This document shows positions 9,776 to 19,555 of a DNA stretch of 64,000 nt, one piece after another; within the stretch, counting starts at the first letter, position 1, and every line of letters begins with the position of its first letter. The position numbers and the translations under genes were made by a program. Under the pieces are notes generated by a model. That model saw only the letters and a program-made list of their open reading frames with translations, was not told the DNA's origin and did not search any database. The stretch is from an uncultured Pirellulales bacterium (GTDB lineage: Bacteria > Planctomycetota > Phycisphaerae > Sedimentisphaerales > Anaerobacaceae), in the NCBI GenBank assembly GCA_964346195.1, contig CAYFUB010000097.1, positions 4,688-68,687 on the forward strand. The letters run 5' to 3'.

Positions 9776-10711
9776 CTATTCTTTCGTTTGCTTGTAGGCG
9801 TCAAACAGGGTCGCAATGTCCGCCTGCCGGGAGTCGCCACTGTGGATGACAACCCGGTAGTTCAGGGTCAGTCTCTCGCCTTTGGCAATGTCGAGCCGGT
9901 CGCCTTCGAGCCAGAACATCGGCGTCGGTGAGAAAAAGCCGTAATCTCGTGTAAACCATTGCGCCGGGTACCAGCGGTTGCCCGGATGCTGCATGATGGC
10001 GATGCCTTCGGTGATCCCGTCGCGCGTGCCGGAGTAGTCGCACCACGGCGCAGCGACGCCGAACGTGCCTTTTTCCCGCGTGTTACCCTCGGCATTGATG
10101 AGTATTCCGCCCGCCAGGACACCCAACTCCGGCACGACGCGGGCCGCGAATAACGAATGATTCGTCTTGAGGATGCGCACGTCGGTCAGCGGCTCCAGGG
10201 TGATGCCGAAGTCGATAAGACGCAGAGTATCGCCCGGCGCGACGATCTCGATGCGCCGCCGGTCGCGTATGACGGGTTCCTTTCCCGGCTGCTGCCAGAG
10301 GCATTCATCGGTGAAGACGATCCTGCGGCCGGAAGACGCGACGAGTTTCGGACCCTGGGAGACAATCTGGCCGCGCTCGTTGCTCTCCTGCCAGTAATTG
10401 CCGCCGTTGACCCGGTCACACCCGAAGAACAGAGAATGATGGTGCGGGTACGGTTGCGAGGTTTCGGTCGTGATGGACCGACCCGATGCGGGGCCGTTGA
10501 CCGGCCAGAAGTAGGGGTATTTCTGCGACCGACCGAACTTGTAGCACGTGAACACACGTTCACCGACCGTGACCACGACCTGGTTTTCCTCGAGCCTGGC
10601 CTGTAATACGAGCGAGTCCGGTTGTGCCGAGGCCTGAAACCCGGCGCCACCCACCAGGATCAGCACGACGATCGAGAGTAAATGGCGAATCGATTTGTCC
10701 TGACTGTTCAT
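9776..10711 (-). CDS. PmoA-family (DUF6807-like) secreted protein
   Basis: Start trimmed to ATG 10711 (MNSQDKSIRHLLSIVVLILVGGAGFQASA). The upstream part of the track ORF overlaps the AraC gene in another frame. Motifs YPYFWPVNGP...PYPHHHSLFFGCDRVNGGNYWQ are typical of the family that Pfam names PmoA. Confidence 0.75.
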   Translation of the reverse strand: MNSQDKSIRHLLSIVVLILVGGAGFQASAQPDSLVLQARLEENQVVVTVGERVFTCYKFGRSQKYPYFWPVNGPASGRSITTETSQPYPHHHSLFFGCDRVNGGNYWQESNERGQIVSQGPKLVASSGRRIVFTDECLWQQPGKEPVIRDRRRIEIVAPGDTLRLIDFGITLEPLTDVRILKTNHSLFAARVVPELGVLAGGILINAEGNTREKGTFGVAAPWCDYSGTRDGITEGIAIMQHPGNRWYPAQWFTRDYGFFSPTPMFWLEGDRLDIAKGERLTLNYRVVIHSGDSRQADIATLFDAYKQTKE

Positions 10712-10721
10712 CTTCCTGTCC

Positions 10722-11663
10722 TCAAACAATGCGATTGCGTCTTTCCGGCCGTCTACGCATGGATTGGCGGTAACGCATGGGCGTGACGCCCATTCTCTTC
10801 TTGAACTGTCGGTGGAAGTAGTAGACATTGGCATAGCCGACGCGCTGAGCGATCTCATAGCAGCGCAGCGACGTGAAGCGCAGCAGTCTCTGGGCGGCCT
10901 CGAAGCGGAGGTCCTGCTGATAGGCCAGGGGGGAGACGCGGAAGGACTTTTTGAACGCCCGGAACAAGTGACCTTTCGAGCAGTGAGACACCGAGGCCAA
11001 ATCCTCAGCGGCGATGGCCTCGGCATAATGCTCATCGATATATTGCCGGACCAGCAGGATGGGGTTGTCCTGAGCGAGGGCGGCACCCGGAATTTCCTCC
11101 GTGTAGCAATGTGCAACGATCGTATCGAACACATCGGCCAGAGCGCGGCGGGCGTAAAAGTCCGACATGGAGAAAGGGCTTTGCAGGAAATCCATAATCT
11201 GGATCATGATGATCACGAGTTCCTGCATGGTGTCTTTGGGCAGGTGCGGCTCGCGGTGCAGCCGGCCGGCGACCCCCGTATAAATGTTCAAAATTTCCCC
11301 GAACGGGAGAGTCAGCACTTTTCCCGCCTGCGTCGCGAAGGAGAAGGTGATTTCCGAGTACACGCTGGAGTGGCGCAGGCTCACGAAATCGTGCGGCTGG
11401 CCGGGCGAGATGATGACCAGGGTTCCCGGCTCCGCGCGATACTTCCGGCCGCCTTTGAGGTAGAAGCCCGAGGATTGGGTATAGAGCACGATGTGGTACA
11501 GGTCGTGCGCATGCTCGTGAAACGTCCGCAGATCGCCGACGGCGCGGTCCTGGTCGATGGCCGCATGCACGAAGGTCGGAAAATAAGCCTCCCGATCGTG
11601 CAGAATCATCAGCGCCTGGGGCATTTCCTCACTGCGCCGACGGGTCTGTAAATATTGCCGCAT
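10722..11663 (-). CDS. AraC/XylS-family transcriptional regulator (cupin-like sensor domain plus C-terminal HTH)
   Basis: C-terminal double HTH: LASVSHCSKGHLFRAFKKSFRVSPLAYQQDLRFEAAQRLLRFTSLRCYEIAQRVGYANVYYFHRQFKKRMGVTP. Lies 10 nt upstream of the PmoA-like gene. The start could instead be Met14 (11624). Confidence 0.85.
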   Translation of the reverse strand: MRQYLQTRRRSEEMPQALMILHDREAYFPTFVHAAIDQDRAVGDLRTFHEHAHDLYHIVLYTQSSGFYLKGGRKYRAEPGTLVIISPGQPHDFVSLRHSSVYSEITFSFATQAGKVLTLPFGEILNIYTGVAGRLHREPHLPKDTMQELVIIMIQIMDFLQSPFSMSDFYARRALADVFDTIVAHCYTEEIPGAALAQDNPILLVRQYIDEHYAEAIAAEDLASVSHCSKGHLFRAFKKSFRVSPLAYQQDLRFEAAQRLLRFTSLRCYEIAQRVGYANVYYFHRQFKKRMGVTPMRYRQSMRRRPERRNRIV

Positions 11664-11774
11664 ATATCACGAAAGTGCAATAAATTGCGATTTTCATACA
11701 TTTTTCCGGCCCGTATGAGGTATGATAATAGAACATGGATCAGTAGGTGCAATCAAATAATGACGAGGTGACGC

Positions 11775-12638
11775 ATGAAAACGAAAGCGTTTACCCTGAT
11801 CGAGCTGCTGGTGGTGATCGCGATCATCGCGCTGCTGATGGCCGTCATCATGCCGGCGTTGAGCCTGGCCAAGAGAAAGGCCGGGACCACTGTGTGCATG
11901 AGCAACACCAAGAACCTCTCCCTCGGCTGGTACATGTACATGGGCGAGAATGACGGGCGCATCATGAGCTCGGACGATGAAGCCGATGGGAAGGAACGGA
12001 GCGGAAAATTCGTCGGCTGGTGCGGCGTGCCTCGTAACGAGGCCGGCACGGCGCTCAGTATCAGCCAGGCGGACCCTGCCGTGACGGATGAGGATGAAAT
12101 CCGAGGGATCAAGGAAGGGGTCCTGTTTCCCTATCTCAAGGAGCCGCAGACCTACCATTGCCCTGCCGACAATCAGCGCAAGAGTATTTACGACAGGACC
12201 AACGTCTTTGTCACCTACTCGATTCCCAAGTGTCTGTGCGGGTATCCCAACGAGACCCACGCGAACTATAACCTGCAGATCAGACGGTTCAATGAGATCA
12301 CGGCGCCGTCCACACGGTACGTGTTTGTGGAGACGGCGGAGACGCGGAACTGGAATTCCGGCCATCACTTCGTCATGGCGGCGCCGGAGTATACAAATCT
12401 GGCCACGTGGGGCTGGTGGGGACCCATGGCGATCAACCACGGCGACAGCAGCGTCCTGGGCTTCTGCGACGGCCACTCGGAGATACGCCGCTGGCGTGAC
12501 AAATACACCATCAACCGCGTGGACAAGCTGCTCACGACGGGGGGAACACTGTACAACCGGGACTACCCGCCGGTGGAACAGACACAGGACATCGACTACA
12601 TGGCCAAGGGTTGGGCCTACCGCCATAAAATACAATAG
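11775..12638 (+). CDS. prepilin-type N-terminal cleavage/methylation domain protein of the H-X9-DG (DUF1559) class
   Basis: Class III signal: MKTKA/FTLIELLVVIAIIALLMAV. C-terminal HGDSSVLGFCDGH matches H-X9-DG exactly. Confidence 0.9.
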   Translation: MKTKAFTLIELLVVIAIIALLMAVIMPALSLAKRKAGTTVCMSNTKNLSLGWYMYMGENDGRIMSSDDEADGKERSGKFVGWCGVPRNEAGTALSISQADPAVTDEDEIRGIKEGVLFPYLKEPQTYHCPADNQRKSIYDRTNVFVTYSIPKCLCGYPNETHANYNLQIRRFNEITAPSTRYVFVETAETRNWNSGHHFVMAAPEYTNLATWGWWGPMAINHGDSSVLGFCDGHSEIRRWRDKYTINRVDKLLTTGGTLYNRDYPPVEQTQDIDYMAKGWAYRHKIQ

Positions 12639-12806
12639 GCCGGTAAGGGGCCTCTACAAGAAGTTCTCTCACGAGAGAACAGGAACATATCATCTTTATG
12701 CATTTTTGCCGTTTCTGTCGAATGCGATAATACGGAGTGGCCGATACATTTCGGAGTCGGGTGATCTCCACACAAAGACGGTCGGGGGTCTGCAGGAAAG
12801 GAGAGT

Positions 12807-15707
12807 ATGATGAAAAAGGCAATGGCATTCACGTTTCTGTGTTTATCGGTCGGGCTCGGCGCGGCCCGTGCCCAGTTGAGGGTCGATTTCACACAGACCG
12901 GTGACCCGGTGGAGGCGGGCTACCAGGGGTACTTTGCCGACCACGAAGTGGCTGCCACGTTCACGGCGCAAAGCTTCACGGCGTTCGGCACGATGGTCAC
13001 GGTCCGCCCGGCCTGGGCCGCCGGCGTGACGCCGCAGGCCATGCAGATGATCGACCGCGGCGGGGACGATGGCACGGATGCTCCGAATCTGCTGCGGGAC
13101 TGGATCGGCACCGACAACCGCCAGCCCGGCAATCCCATGACGCTGACCATCAGCGGACTGCCCGCCGGCACGTATGAGTGGGTGTCCTATCACCACGATC
13201 CGCAGGACCAGACAGGCATCTTCGATGTCACGGTCAACGACGCGGCAGGCTCGGCAAAGACCACAGGCGTGGATATCTCGGACACCAGGGCCGGCGGGAT
13301 TGTCAACCTTGCTGACGTCACCAGGTTTACCACGACGATCGTATCCAACGGAACGGACGATGTTGTTCTCGTGTTCGATCTGACCTCCGGCACCAGTCCG
13401 GTGGCCAACGCGTTCTTTCTGATGAACGCCTTCGAGTTGACGATGAGGGAGAGTACTCAAGCCATCGCGCTTGCCCCGCGTCACGGGGCGACCGATGTCC
13501 TCAGAGACGGCACGATTCTCTCGTGGAAGCCGAGTGACAAGGCCGTCGCCCACGATATCTACCTGGGCACGGACTACGATTCCATCGACGATGGCATGAC
13601 CACCAGCGCCGTGTACAGGGGCCGCCAGGACGCCAACAGTTTCGATCCCGGCCGCCTGGAACTGGGGATAACTTACAACTGGCGTGTGGATGAGATATCC
13701 GCCGATGGCACGGTCACCAAGGGCAATATCTGGAGCTTCACCGTGGAGCCCGTCAGCGTGGCCTTGACCGGCGCGCACATTGCGGCCACCGGCTCCAGCT
13801 CGAGCAGTGTGGATGAGGGACCCGAGAAGACGATCGATGGCTCCGGGCTGAACGCCGACGAGCAGCACTCGACAGATACGGCCACGATGTGGCTCAGCCA
13901 CGCGGGCGATCCGAACGCGGCCTGGATCCAGTACGAGTTCGACAAGGTCTGTCAACTCAGTCGGATGCAGGTCTGGAACCACAACTCGGCCGTCGAGTCC
14001 CTGATCGGCCTGGGAATCAGAGACGCGACCGTTGCTTATTCCCTGGATGGAACCGAGTGGGTGACCCTGGCGCCGCAGGAATTCGCCCGGGCGAGCGGCA
14101 AGGAGGATTACCGGGCGGATTACGCGGTGGAATTCGGCGGAGTCGCGGCCCGGTACGTCAAGATCACCGCGAATAGCAACTGGGGCGGCGGCCTGCTCAA
14201 GCAATACGGTTTGAGCGAGGTCCGCTTCCTGGCGATTCCCGTCTTGGCCCGCAACCCTGAGCCGGCCGCCGGCGCGACCGACGTGAATCCGCAAGCGGTC
14301 CTGAGCTGGCGTGCGGGCCGGGCGGCGGCGCAGCACCGGGTGTATTTGAGCACCGATGCCAACGAAGTGATCGACGGGACGGCGCCGGTCGGTACGGTAG
14401 CCGAGCCCCGCTTCGATACCGAGGGTCTGCTGGAACTGGGTCGGACCTACTACTGGAAGGTTAACGAGGTCAATGACCTGGAGGATCCGAGCGTCTGGGA
14501 AGGCGAGGTCTGGAGTTTCTCCACCATGGCGTCGCTTCCGGTGGATGACATGGAGAGCTATAACGACGCGGAAGACCAGGGCACTCGCATCTATGAGACC
14601 TGGCTGGACGGCTGGACCGACGCCGTGTACGGCGGCTCTCAGGTCGGCTATGCGCCCGATCCCCCCTTTGCCGAGCGGACGATTGTTCACGGCGGCGCTC
14701 AGTCCATGCCGTTCTACTACGACAACAGCTCGATTGCCTATTCCGAGGCCGCACGCACCTTCGATACTCCGCAGAACTGGACCGAGTACGGCGTGAAGGC
14801 GTTGACCCTCTGGTTCTATGGCGCTGCGTCCAACACGGCGGCGCAGATGTACGTGAAGGTCAACGGCAGCAGGGTGGCGTATGACGGCGACGACGACAAT
14901 GTCCAACGCAAGCCCTGGCAGATGTGGTACATCGACCTGGGCAATCTGGCCGGGGTCAACCTCGAGAAGGTCACGGAATTGACGATTGGCTTCGAGGGCG
15001 GCACGGGACTTGTTTTCTTCGATGATATCGCGTTGTCTCCGTTCGACCGCCAGTTGGTGACGCCGGTCCAGCCCGACGCGACCAGCCTGGTGGCCCACTA
15101 TGCGTTCGAGGGCAACACCGACAGCAGCGCGGGCGGACCCGCCGGCACGGTCGTCGGCGCGCCCCAGTTCGTTACCGGCAAGGTCGGACAGGCGATCCAG
15201 CTCGATGGTGCACGCGATTTCGTCTCGGTCGAGAGTTCTTTCGACCTTCCCGTGTACTCGGCCGCCTTGTGGTTCCGGGTGGACGGCGGGGCGGGCAACA
15301 GGGACGTACTCTCGGTCTATGATTCCGACGGTGGGCACGGCATTTTGCTGGAGATCACCGGGACCGGCCAGGTGCGTTACCTGCATCGGCCTGTCGTCAG
15401 TACCCAAGGAGGCTCCAATGTCTACAGCGACGCCGGCTATGATGACGGAACATGGTACCATGTGGCGGTGGTCAAATCGGCGGAGGCGATGACGCTGTAC
15501 GTCAATGGCGAGCCGGCCGGCGCCGTCGCGGACAGCGCCTCGTTCGACAAGACTCTGACGCGACTGGCCCTGGGCGTGCTCAAACATGACAACCTCGCGC
15601 GCTTCTTCCCGGGCGCCCTCGATGAGTTCTATCTCTACGGTCGCGTCCTGTCGCAGGCCGAGGTCGCGTGGCTGGCCGGGCGGACGAAGCCGTTCGATAA
15701 ACCGTAG
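12807..15707 (+). CDS. large secreted lectin-like protein (discoidin-like core, C-terminal LamG/concanavalin-like domain)
   Basis: aaaggagag upstream of the ATG. Signal peptide MMKKAMAFTFLCLSVGLGAARA. The core GPEKTIDGSG...WIQYEFDKVCQLSRMQVWN...YVKITANSNWG is paralogous to CDS 3870-6866. C-terminal LamG-like block: GKVGQAIQLDGARDFVSV...AALWFRVD...WYHVAVV...LYVNG. Confidence 0.85.
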   Translation: MMKKAMAFTFLCLSVGLGAARAQLRVDFTQTGDPVEAGYQGYFADHEVAATFTAQSFTAFGTMVTVRPAWAAGVTPQAMQMIDRGGDDGTDAPNLLRDWIGTDNRQPGNPMTLTISGLPAGTYEWVSYHHDPQDQTGIFDVTVNDAAGSAKTTGVDISDTRAGGIVNLADVTRFTTTIVSNGTDDVVLVFDLTSGTSPVANAFFLMNAFELTMRESTQAIALAPRHGATDVLRDGTILSWKPSDKAVAHDIYLGTDYDSIDDGMTTSAVYRGRQDANSFDPGRLELGITYNWRVDEISADGTVTKGNIWSFTVEPVSVALTGAHIAATGSSSSSVDEGPEKTIDGSGLNADEQHSTDTATMWLSHAGDPNAAWIQYEFDKVCQLSRMQVWNHNSAVESLIGLGIRDATVAYSLDGTEWVTLAPQEFARASGKEDYRADYAVEFGGVAARYVKITANSNWGGGLLKQYGLSEVRFLAIPVLARNPEPAAGATDVNPQAVLSWRAGRAAAQHRVYLSTDANEVIDGTAPVGTVAEPRFDTEGLLELGRTYYWKVNEVNDLEDPSVWEGEVWSFSTMASLPVDDMESYNDAEDQGTRIYETWLDGWTDAVYGGSQVGYAPDPPFAERTIVHGGAQSMPFYYDNSSIAYSEAARTFDTPQNWTEYGVKALTLWFYGAASNTAAQMYVKVNGSRVAYDGDDDNVQRKPWQMWYIDLGNLAGVNLEKVTELTIGFEGGTGLVFFDDIALSPFDRQLVTPVQPDATSLVAHYAFEGNTDSSAGGPAGTVVGAPQFVTGKVGQAIQLDGARDFVSVESSFDLPVYSAALWFRVDGGAGNRDVLSVYDSDGGHGILLEITGTGQVRYLHRPVVSTQGGSNVYSDAGYDDGTWYHVAVVKSAEAMTLYVNGEPAGAVADSASFDKTLTRLALGVLKHDNLARFFPGALDEFYLYGRVLSQAEVAWLAGRTKPFDKP

Positions 15708-15833
15708 GAATTTGCGACTTGAAACTTGATTCGGGTTGCGCAGAATCTTCGCGGGGCTTGTGTCCGTGCGGCACGGGTCCCGCTGTTGTCTCTGGGAACG
15801 ACGCCAAGTCTTGCCGGCGGCGGGAATTGTCGA

Positions 15834-18800
15834 ATGGATATAAGCGTCAGAATGACAGTCATCCTGCTTTGTTTGCTGCTTCTGCTGTCCTGGGCTGCGG
15901 CTGCCGACGCCGCAGCGGGTGACCCGTCCGTAGTGATCAACGAGTTTGCCGCCTCGAATCGGCGCAGTCTGGACGACGGGGACGGCAATGCCGCTGACTG
16001 GATCGAGCTGTACAACAGCAGCGCCAGACCGATCTCTCTCAGCGGCTGGTACCTGACCGACGAGCAGAGTGATTTGCGGAAATGGCCCTTTCCTCCCGCC
16101 GCCGTAGTGCCTGCCGGCGGATACCTGGTCGTCTTCGCTTCGGGCCAGTCCGTGAGTGACTACGTTGACACGAAGGGGTATCTCCACACCAATTTCGCCC
16201 TTGACAGAGGCGGGGAGTACCTGGCCCTCGTCGATCCCGGCGGCGCCGTCGTGCACGAGTATGCTCCCTCTTTTCCTCCTCAGCAGACAGACGTCTCCTA
16301 CGGCGTGCGGCTTGGCGCGTTTTACTACTTCACGACGCCGACGCCGGGACGGGCCAATGGCCCGGGCGTCCCCGGCCTGGTCGAAAGGACGTACTACAGC
16401 CATGAGCGGGGGTTCTATGACCGCCCGTTCGACCTGCTGATCTTCTGCGACACGCCCGGGGCTGCGATTCGCTACACCCTGGACGGCTCGGAACCCACCG
16501 AACAGCACGGCCTCGTGTATCAGCCCAACACGCCCATTCACATCACGACGACAACCCAGGTGCGATCCTTTGCATTCAAGGCCGGCTGGCAGCCGGCGGA
16601 TGTTGCCACGCACACGTATATCTTCGTTGACCACGTCGCCTATCAGGAGTACCGGCCGACCGGCTGGCCGACCGATTGGGGCTATGATTCGGAGGTCGGC
16701 GGGATCGTTCCGGCCGACTATGAGATGGACCAGCGCGTCGTCAACAATACGCAGCCCGGCTACTCCGTCCGCGAGGCCCTTCTCGACATTCCCACGCTGT
16801 CAATCTCCATGCTCCTGGATGACTTCATCGGCCGAACCGGCGGCATTTACGCCAATCCTCTGAGCCGCTGGGAGCGCAAGTGCTCGATCGAATACATCCT
16901 GCCCGATGCGGCGGAGGGCTTCCAGTGCGATTGCAAGATCGAAATTCACGGCGGTTCCAGCCGTCGGCCCTGGCGAATGCAGAAACACTCCTTTCGCCTG
17001 ACCTTCACGAGCGAGTACGGCCCGGCGAAGCTGGAATACCCGCTCTTTCCCGAATCGGAGGTGGAGAAATTCAACCAGCTTGTCCTCCGCGCCTCCTTCA
17101 CCGATTCCTGGGCCCTCGTTTCCTGGGTCTCGACGCGCTACCGCCCCAACGACTCCCAATACATTCATGATGTCTGGATGAAGGAAAGCCTCGGAGATAT
17201 GGGTCAGCCCTCCAGTCATGGGAACTTTGTGCACCTGTATGTCAATGGCCTGTACTTCGGCCTCTACAACCTGACGGAACGTCTGGCAGACGACTTCTTC
17301 GCCGACCACCTGGGGGGCCAGCCCGAGCATTGGGAGATCAATGAGGATTTCGGCCGTCCCCGCACGCGCTGGCAAGCCATGATGGCCATCGATCCTTCCA
17401 CCGCGGCGGGATACCGGAAGATCCAGGACTATCTCGATGTCGAGGACTTCGCCGACTATATGCTGCTGCATTTCTATGCCGATGCCGAGGACTGGCCCCA
17501 TCACAACGGCCACGCCGCCGCTAATGCCGCGAGTGGTGACGGCAGGTTCCGTTTCTTTGTCTGGGACCAGGAGATTGTGCTCGATTATCACGGTCGCGCT
17601 GCCTCCCGGATCGACAACAACAGCGGGGTCGGCGCCGTCTTCCAGAAGATGCGCATGAATGAAGAGTTTCGCCTGCTCTTTGCGGACCGGGTCTACAAGC
17701 ATTGTTTCAACGGCGGGGCGCTCAGCCTCACCGCTTCTCAGGACCGCTACCGCGCAATCGCGAGCTGGATCGACAAGGCGATCGTTGCCGAGTCGGCGCG
17801 CTGGGGCGACGTCCAGATGAGCACCCCCTACGGCAACCCGATCCAGCAGCCGAGCCCGCTCACCAACATCAACCACAACCTGTATCCCCCCGTCCCCCAC
17901 GGTCCCAACTATTATTTCACCCGAGAGGATTCCTGGGTCGTGGAGCGCGACAATGTCATCAACGATTACATCCCGGCTATTCACGACCCCACCAACTCTT
18001 ACGCTCTCCTCAACGTGCTGCGCGCCGAGAACCTGTATCCCGATGTCGATCCCCCCGTCTTCCACGTCAACGGGACATATCGGCACGGCGGACACGCCGC
18101 CTCGGGCGACAGACTGACCATGACCAACCCAAATGGCACAGGAGCGATCTACTATACGCTGGACGGAACCGATCCGCGCCTCCCCGGCATTGGCTCCGGC
18201 CAAGAGGATATGAATGCCCTCGTCGGCGAGCACGCGGCCAAGCGCGTTCTGGTCCCAACCAGCGATATCGGCCAAAGCTGGAGGGACCTGGGTTACAGCG
18301 ATACGCTCTGGATCAGCGGCACCGGTGGCGTCGGATATGAGAGAAGCTCGGGCTACGAAACGCTCTTCGACATCGATGTCCAGGCCCAAATGTACAACGT
18401 GAACACCAGTTGCTACGTCCGTATTCCATTTAGCCTCACCGCCGACGCTCTGAGCAGTCTCGCCAGTCTCCTTCTGAGGGTGCGATACGACGACGGCTTC
18501 GTCGCTTATATCAACGGGACCGAAGTGGCCCGGGACAGGTGCACCGGAACGCCCCAATGGAATTCCATTGCCAGTGGCAGCCATGCTGACACCGAGGCCA
18601 TGTCCTTTACGGATTTCGACGTGACCGCTCACATCGGCCTGCTCCGACAGGGCAGCAATATCCTGGCCCTCCATGCCCTGAACGCGTCCCCGACGAGTTC
18701 CGATTTCCTTATCTCCGCGGCCCTGGTCAGCGTTCTGGGCGGTCCGCCAAGCGATCCGAGTGTCTCGCCCACGGCCGTTCCCTACACGGGGCCGATTTCC

Positions 18801-19361
18801 CTGGCCGAGAGCACGCACGTCAAGGCGCGCGTGTTGGATAACGGCACCTGGACCGCGCTGAGCGAGGCGATTTACGCGGTCGACCCGGTCGCCGAGAACC
18901 TGCGGATTACCGAGCTGATGTATCATCCAACGGCATCCCAGGCAGAGTTCATCGAGTTGGAGAACATCGGGACCGTGACGATCAACCTGAATGGGGTCCG
19001 GTTCACCCGGGGCGTTGATTTCACGTTTGGGAACGAGAGATTGGCGCCGAATGAGCATATCCTGGTGGTTCAGGATCTGGCGGAGTTTGCGAGCGGATAT
19101 GACGCCTCCGTCGTGAGGATCGCCGGCCGGTATGCCGGCAGACTCGATAATTCCGGGGAGACCATCGAGTTGCAGGACGCGGCTGGCACCATCATTCACC
19201 GGTTCCGCTACAAGGATGACTGGTATGACAGCACCGATGGCCGGGGGCACTCCCTGTCGATCAAGAATCCGACGAATACCGACATGACCCTCTGGGGGCG
19301 CAAGAGCGGCTGGCGGGCCAGCACCGTACGCGGAGGCTCGCCGGGCTACGATGATGAGTGA
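15834..19361 (+). CDS. secreted lamin-tail-domain (LTD) - CotH kinase-like - LTD protein
   Basis: Start trimmed to ATG 15834 (MDISVRMTVILLCLLLLLSWAAAADA). N-terminal LTD: VVINEF...DWIELYN...ISLSGWYLTD...GGYLVVFASG...NFALDRGGEYLAL. Central CotH-like region: KHSFRLTF, HDVWMKE, NLTERL, DWPHHN. C-terminal LTD: LRITELMYHP...EFIELENIG...INLNGVRFTRGVDFTF. Confidence 0.85.
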   Translation: MDISVRMTVILLCLLLLLSWAAAADAAAGDPSVVINEFAASNRRSLDDGDGNAADWIELYNSSARPISLSGWYLTDEQSDLRKWPFPPAAVVPAGGYLVVFASGQSVSDYVDTKGYLHTNFALDRGGEYLALVDPGGAVVHEYAPSFPPQQTDVSYGVRLGAFYYFTTPTPGRANGPGVPGLVERTYYSHERGFYDRPFDLLIFCDTPGAAIRYTLDGSEPTEQHGLVYQPNTPIHITTTTQVRSFAFKAGWQPADVATHTYIFVDHVAYQEYRPTGWPTDWGYDSEVGGIVPADYEMDQRVVNNTQPGYSVREALLDIPTLSISMLLDDFIGRTGGIYANPLSRWERKCSIEYILPDAAEGFQCDCKIEIHGGSSRRPWRMQKHSFRLTFTSEYGPAKLEYPLFPESEVEKFNQLVLRASFTDSWALVSWVSTRYRPNDSQYIHDVWMKESLGDMGQPSSHGNFVHLYVNGLYFGLYNLTERLADDFFADHLGGQPEHWEINEDFGRPRTRWQAMMAIDPSTAAGYRKIQDYLDVEDFADYMLLHFYADAEDWPHHNGHAAANAASGDGRFRFFVWDQEIVLDYHGRAASRIDNNSGVGAVFQKMRMNEEFRLLFADRVYKHCFNGGALSLTASQDRYRAIASWIDKAIVAESARWGDVQMSTPYGNPIQQPSPLTNINHNLYPPVPHGPNYYFTREDSWVVERDNVINDYIPAIHDPTNSYALLNVLRAENLYPDVDPPVFHVNGTYRHGGHAASGDRLTMTNPNGTGAIYYTLDGTDPRLPGIGSGQEDMNALVGEHAAKRVLVPTSDIGQSWRDLGYSDTLWISGTGGVGYERSSGYETLFDIDVQAQMYNVNTSCYVRIPFSLTADALSSLASLLLRVRYDDGFVAYINGTEVARDRCTGTPQWNSIASGSHADTEAMSFTDFDVTAHIGLLRQGSNILALHALNASPTSSDFLISAALVSVLGGPPSDPSVSPTAVPYTGPISLAESTHVKARVLDNGTWTALSEAIYAVDPVAENLRITELMYHPTASQAEFIELENIGTVTINLNGVRFTRGVDFTFGNERLAPNEHILVVQDLAEFASGYDASVVRIAGRYAGRLDNSGETIELQDAAGTIIHRFRYKDDWYDSTDGRGHSLSIKNPTNTDMTLWGRKSGWRASTVRGGSPGYDDE

Positions 19362-19453
19362 CCCTCGGACATTGACCGGGAATATCCGGGTGGCATCGTC
19401 AAGCGAAGCCTGGCGATCGTGTCGTGCGGACTATGATTGATCCGTGCGCGGTC

Positions 19454-19555
19454 TGTCATCCTGAGCGGAGCGCAGCGCAGTGAAGGATCTGGCCTGCGCG
19501 CGAGAGAAACCTCCCTTTCGATGGCCAGATCCTTCGGCTTCGCCTCAGGATGACA
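19454..19555. repeat. MITE/REP-like palindromic element of the TGTCATCCTGAG family
   Basis: Arms of about 33 nt: TGTCATCCTGAGCGGAGCGCAGCGCAGTGAAGGATCTGGCC and GGCCAGATCCTTCGGCTTCGCCTCAGGATGACA, around a centre of about 36 nt. Sits between the two convergent CotH genes. Confidence 0.6.

Noticed and set aside
9776-11134. Full 452-aa track ORF for the PmoA-like gene
   Set aside because: The first 141 codons overlap the AraC gene (10722-11663) in another frame and look like junk. A Met followed by a signal peptide occurs at 10711, so the CDS was trimmed.
11676-11690. Inverted repeat TGCAAT-AA-ATTGCG as an AraC operator
   Set aside because: Only 5 bp per arm pair. It lies within about 15 nt of the AraC start codon, and a single occurrence is insufficient evidence.
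12843-16634. 1263-aa ORF on the minus strand, the longest ORF in the track
   Set aside because: It is antisense to two well-supported plus-strand genes and runs straight through their intergenic gap. Its composition is Arg/Gly/Pro/Ala-rich, it has no recognisable domain, signal or RBS, and it is a typical high-GC shadow ORF.
16800-19250. 816-aa minus-strand ORF
   Set aside because: It is antisense to the CotH gene, with no motifs and shadow-ORF composition. The same reasoning applies to 1260-2993(-), 4227-5315(+), 5850-7049(+), 7682-9718(-), 20467-21888(+), 28252-29634(-), 30345-31487(-), 34468-37035(-), 38685-39455(-), 40037-40819(-), 47268-48377(-), 50754-51785(+), 53040-54044(-), 54755-55669(-), 56726-57793(+), 59491-60441(-) and the many shorter overlapping ORFs.
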